Shown here: positions 62,264 through 64,000 of the stretch, in pieces | How positions within the stretch are numbered: position 1 is the first letter of the stretch | How the letters are laid out: each line of letters opens with the position of its first letter | Source: Monocercomonoides exilis PA203 | Lineage: Eukaryota; Protista; Preaxostyla | Length of the DNA stretch: 64,000 bases | Direction: 5' to 3' | NCBI GenBank assembly: GCA_001643675.2 | Contig: LSRY02000020.1 | Span: forward strand, 930,001-994,000 | Made by a program: the position numbers and the translations under genes | Notes under the pieces: generated by a model | Seen by the model: the letters and a program-made list of their open reading frames with translations, nothing else | Database searches by the model: none | Told to the model about the DNA's origin: nothing

Positions 62264-62680
62264 ATGGAGCAAAAAATTTTCTCATTTGTCATATTCTCGG
62301 CAGAGTGAAAAGTGCACAGATGTATGGAACTTTCTTGTCACCAAATCCGGACACGACGAAGCAACAATGATCAAACATATGTTTTTGCATACAAACAATG
62401 GGAAAGAATTGTTTTCAGATATCCAAAGCATATTCAATGGTTTGTATTAAGCCAGTTTTCATAATTTTAATATTTGAAATTTTGAAACGATATTTTTTGA
62501 AAAAAAAAGGTTCGTCCTGTTGCGAATGGCATCAGCTTACAATTCAGAGCAAAATAAACACGCGAAAGTTACATTGCTAAAGTGTGTGTGCAACGAATTC
62601 AGTTTAAGGCAGCTTCATGATTGTGGCTTCCAGGGTTCGCAAGGAAACAACAATCATATCAAAAAGAGGCGAAATATTAT
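62264..62680 (+). pseudogene. N-terminal fragment of a third copy of the same transposase family (no catalytic domain seen)
   Basis: KFSHLSYSRQSEKCTDVWNFLVTKSGHDEATMIKHMFLHTNNGKELFSDIQ aligns with KFSLLSNSRKSERCRDVWEYQTNKSANDCVEMLKCMLFQINTGKKIFPQIQ (42834). LRMASAYN...KVTLLKCV..EFSLRQL.D.GF aligns across the MITE site. Confidence 0.7.
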
Positions 62681-63149
62681 CTAGGTGACAGTCGAATCGC
62701 GTGAAATGATTAACATATTCTTTCTTATTTGTAGCTTCTAATGTTTATTAAATTACGATTATTGAACGACTCTCACTCCTTATCGATCTTTCTTTTATTA
62801 TGAACAATAAAATTTTATAATGGGTTAGATCAACATGATGAATTGGTTGTTTCCATATCTTTGAATGGAAAACGAAAAACACAGTGTGACCTCGTATGAA
62901 CATGTTTATTTTTGATTCTTATTCATAATCTGTTTGCTATTTATTTTAAAACATTTTGAACAAAGGAAACAGAAGTTAAGATCATTGTTTTCTTTGCTTT
63001 ATTGGAGATCTGCTTAAATAAAAATCAACAACAAGCAAAATCGTTTGTCCATTTTACAGATATTAGAATATACACCTATTTAAAATTAATTTGTTTGTTA
63101 TTAACATTTTTTGTCCAATAATAATATTAACACTTAAAATAGCTGCAGT

Positions 63150-63560
63150 GGTACAGAAAGTTACATGAAATTAAAGAAATGAAAGGATTTATGGAAAAAA
63201 ATTGTGAAAGAAAAATTTAACTCGACTTGCCTCAGAGAATTATTCATGAAAAGACACTTAATGAATGAAAATGGGAAACATTTGATGAAAGAAACAACTT
63301 TGTTGAAAAAACGTTTTGCCAATTATTGTTTGAAGAATATTGAATATTTTATATGATTAAACGATACACTATTAAAAAAATATTTGGAGTCATTTTCAAA
63401 AAAGATGAAAAGAAAATAAGAGGAAAACAGAGAAAAACTTTTAAGTGGTCTTTACGAATGCTATATGAAGCTTGGAAATAATTTCCTTTTGAGCTATCTA
63501 TCAATTCATGTGCTCTGCTTCTGAATGTTGCGTTGAAGAAAGAGTGAAAGATGATATACG
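63150..63560 (+). pseudogene. Degraded member of the same expanded helical-repeat family as 53480-54580
   Basis: K/E-rich fragments followed by a C..LLLNVALKKE-like segment; many stops. Confidence 0.35.
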
Positions 63561-64000
63561 ATGAAACAAAGGTGGGAAATGAAAAATTGTTGACACAATA
63601 GCTTCATGTTTGTCATTATGAGTTGTCTGTTAATTGTTAATTAACTATCGATTAATCTCAAATAATAAACTAGAAGATCAAACAATCAATGATTTCTGTT
63701 TTGAAGTTCAAAATCAATAAAAACAATATTTACTATTTTTTGTTGAGAACAAAATAAACAAGCATTCTTTTTTTTTGTTTTAAACAAATCATAAATACAT
63801 CACTTATATTTGATAAAAGCAAAAACAACATTTCTATTTTTTCTTAAAGGCTTTTTGCATTTCAGAAAACTCAAACTTTCTTATCTTCGCTTTATTTTTG
63901 TCAAATAAAAACATAAAAAAATTGAGAAAAAAAATAATATATATTAACAAAATATCAAAAAAGAATGTTAATTATTGTAAATTAGATAAATAAAAAACAA

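Overview
Eukaryotic, AT-rich, intron-containing genomic DNA using the standard code. Poly-Ser/poly-Glu-laden proteins and degraded beta-helix and helical-repeat gene families suggest an oxymonad/metamonad such as Monocercomonoides; this is inference, not a database result. The left half (1-34 kb) is gene-dense. It holds a PTEN-C2-WD40 fusion gene, a degenerate RING-H2 gene, and an ~11-kb near-perfect palindrome (5.5-kb arms, 30-bp spacer) duplicating two intronless bacterial-type glycosyltransferases and the 3' part of the RING gene. These are followed by MRG15/Eaf3-like, cyclin-like, Cdc25-like, histone H2A and START-domain genes. The right half (34-64 kb) is rich in transposons and pseudogenes: an intact Merlin transposon (TIRs plus 8-bp TSD), two TA-flanked foldback/MITE elements, and three copies of a DDD-type (Sola2-like) transposase gene family. 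One copy carries a ubiquitin-specific protease (USP) domain inserted inside the transposase. The most striking observation is that both copies retaining the catalytic domain are followed by a ~180-215-nt element with the same predicted multi-stem, pseudoknotted fold. It shows compensatory base changes and + strand G-U pairs, making it a candidate unannotated transposase-associated structured RNA.
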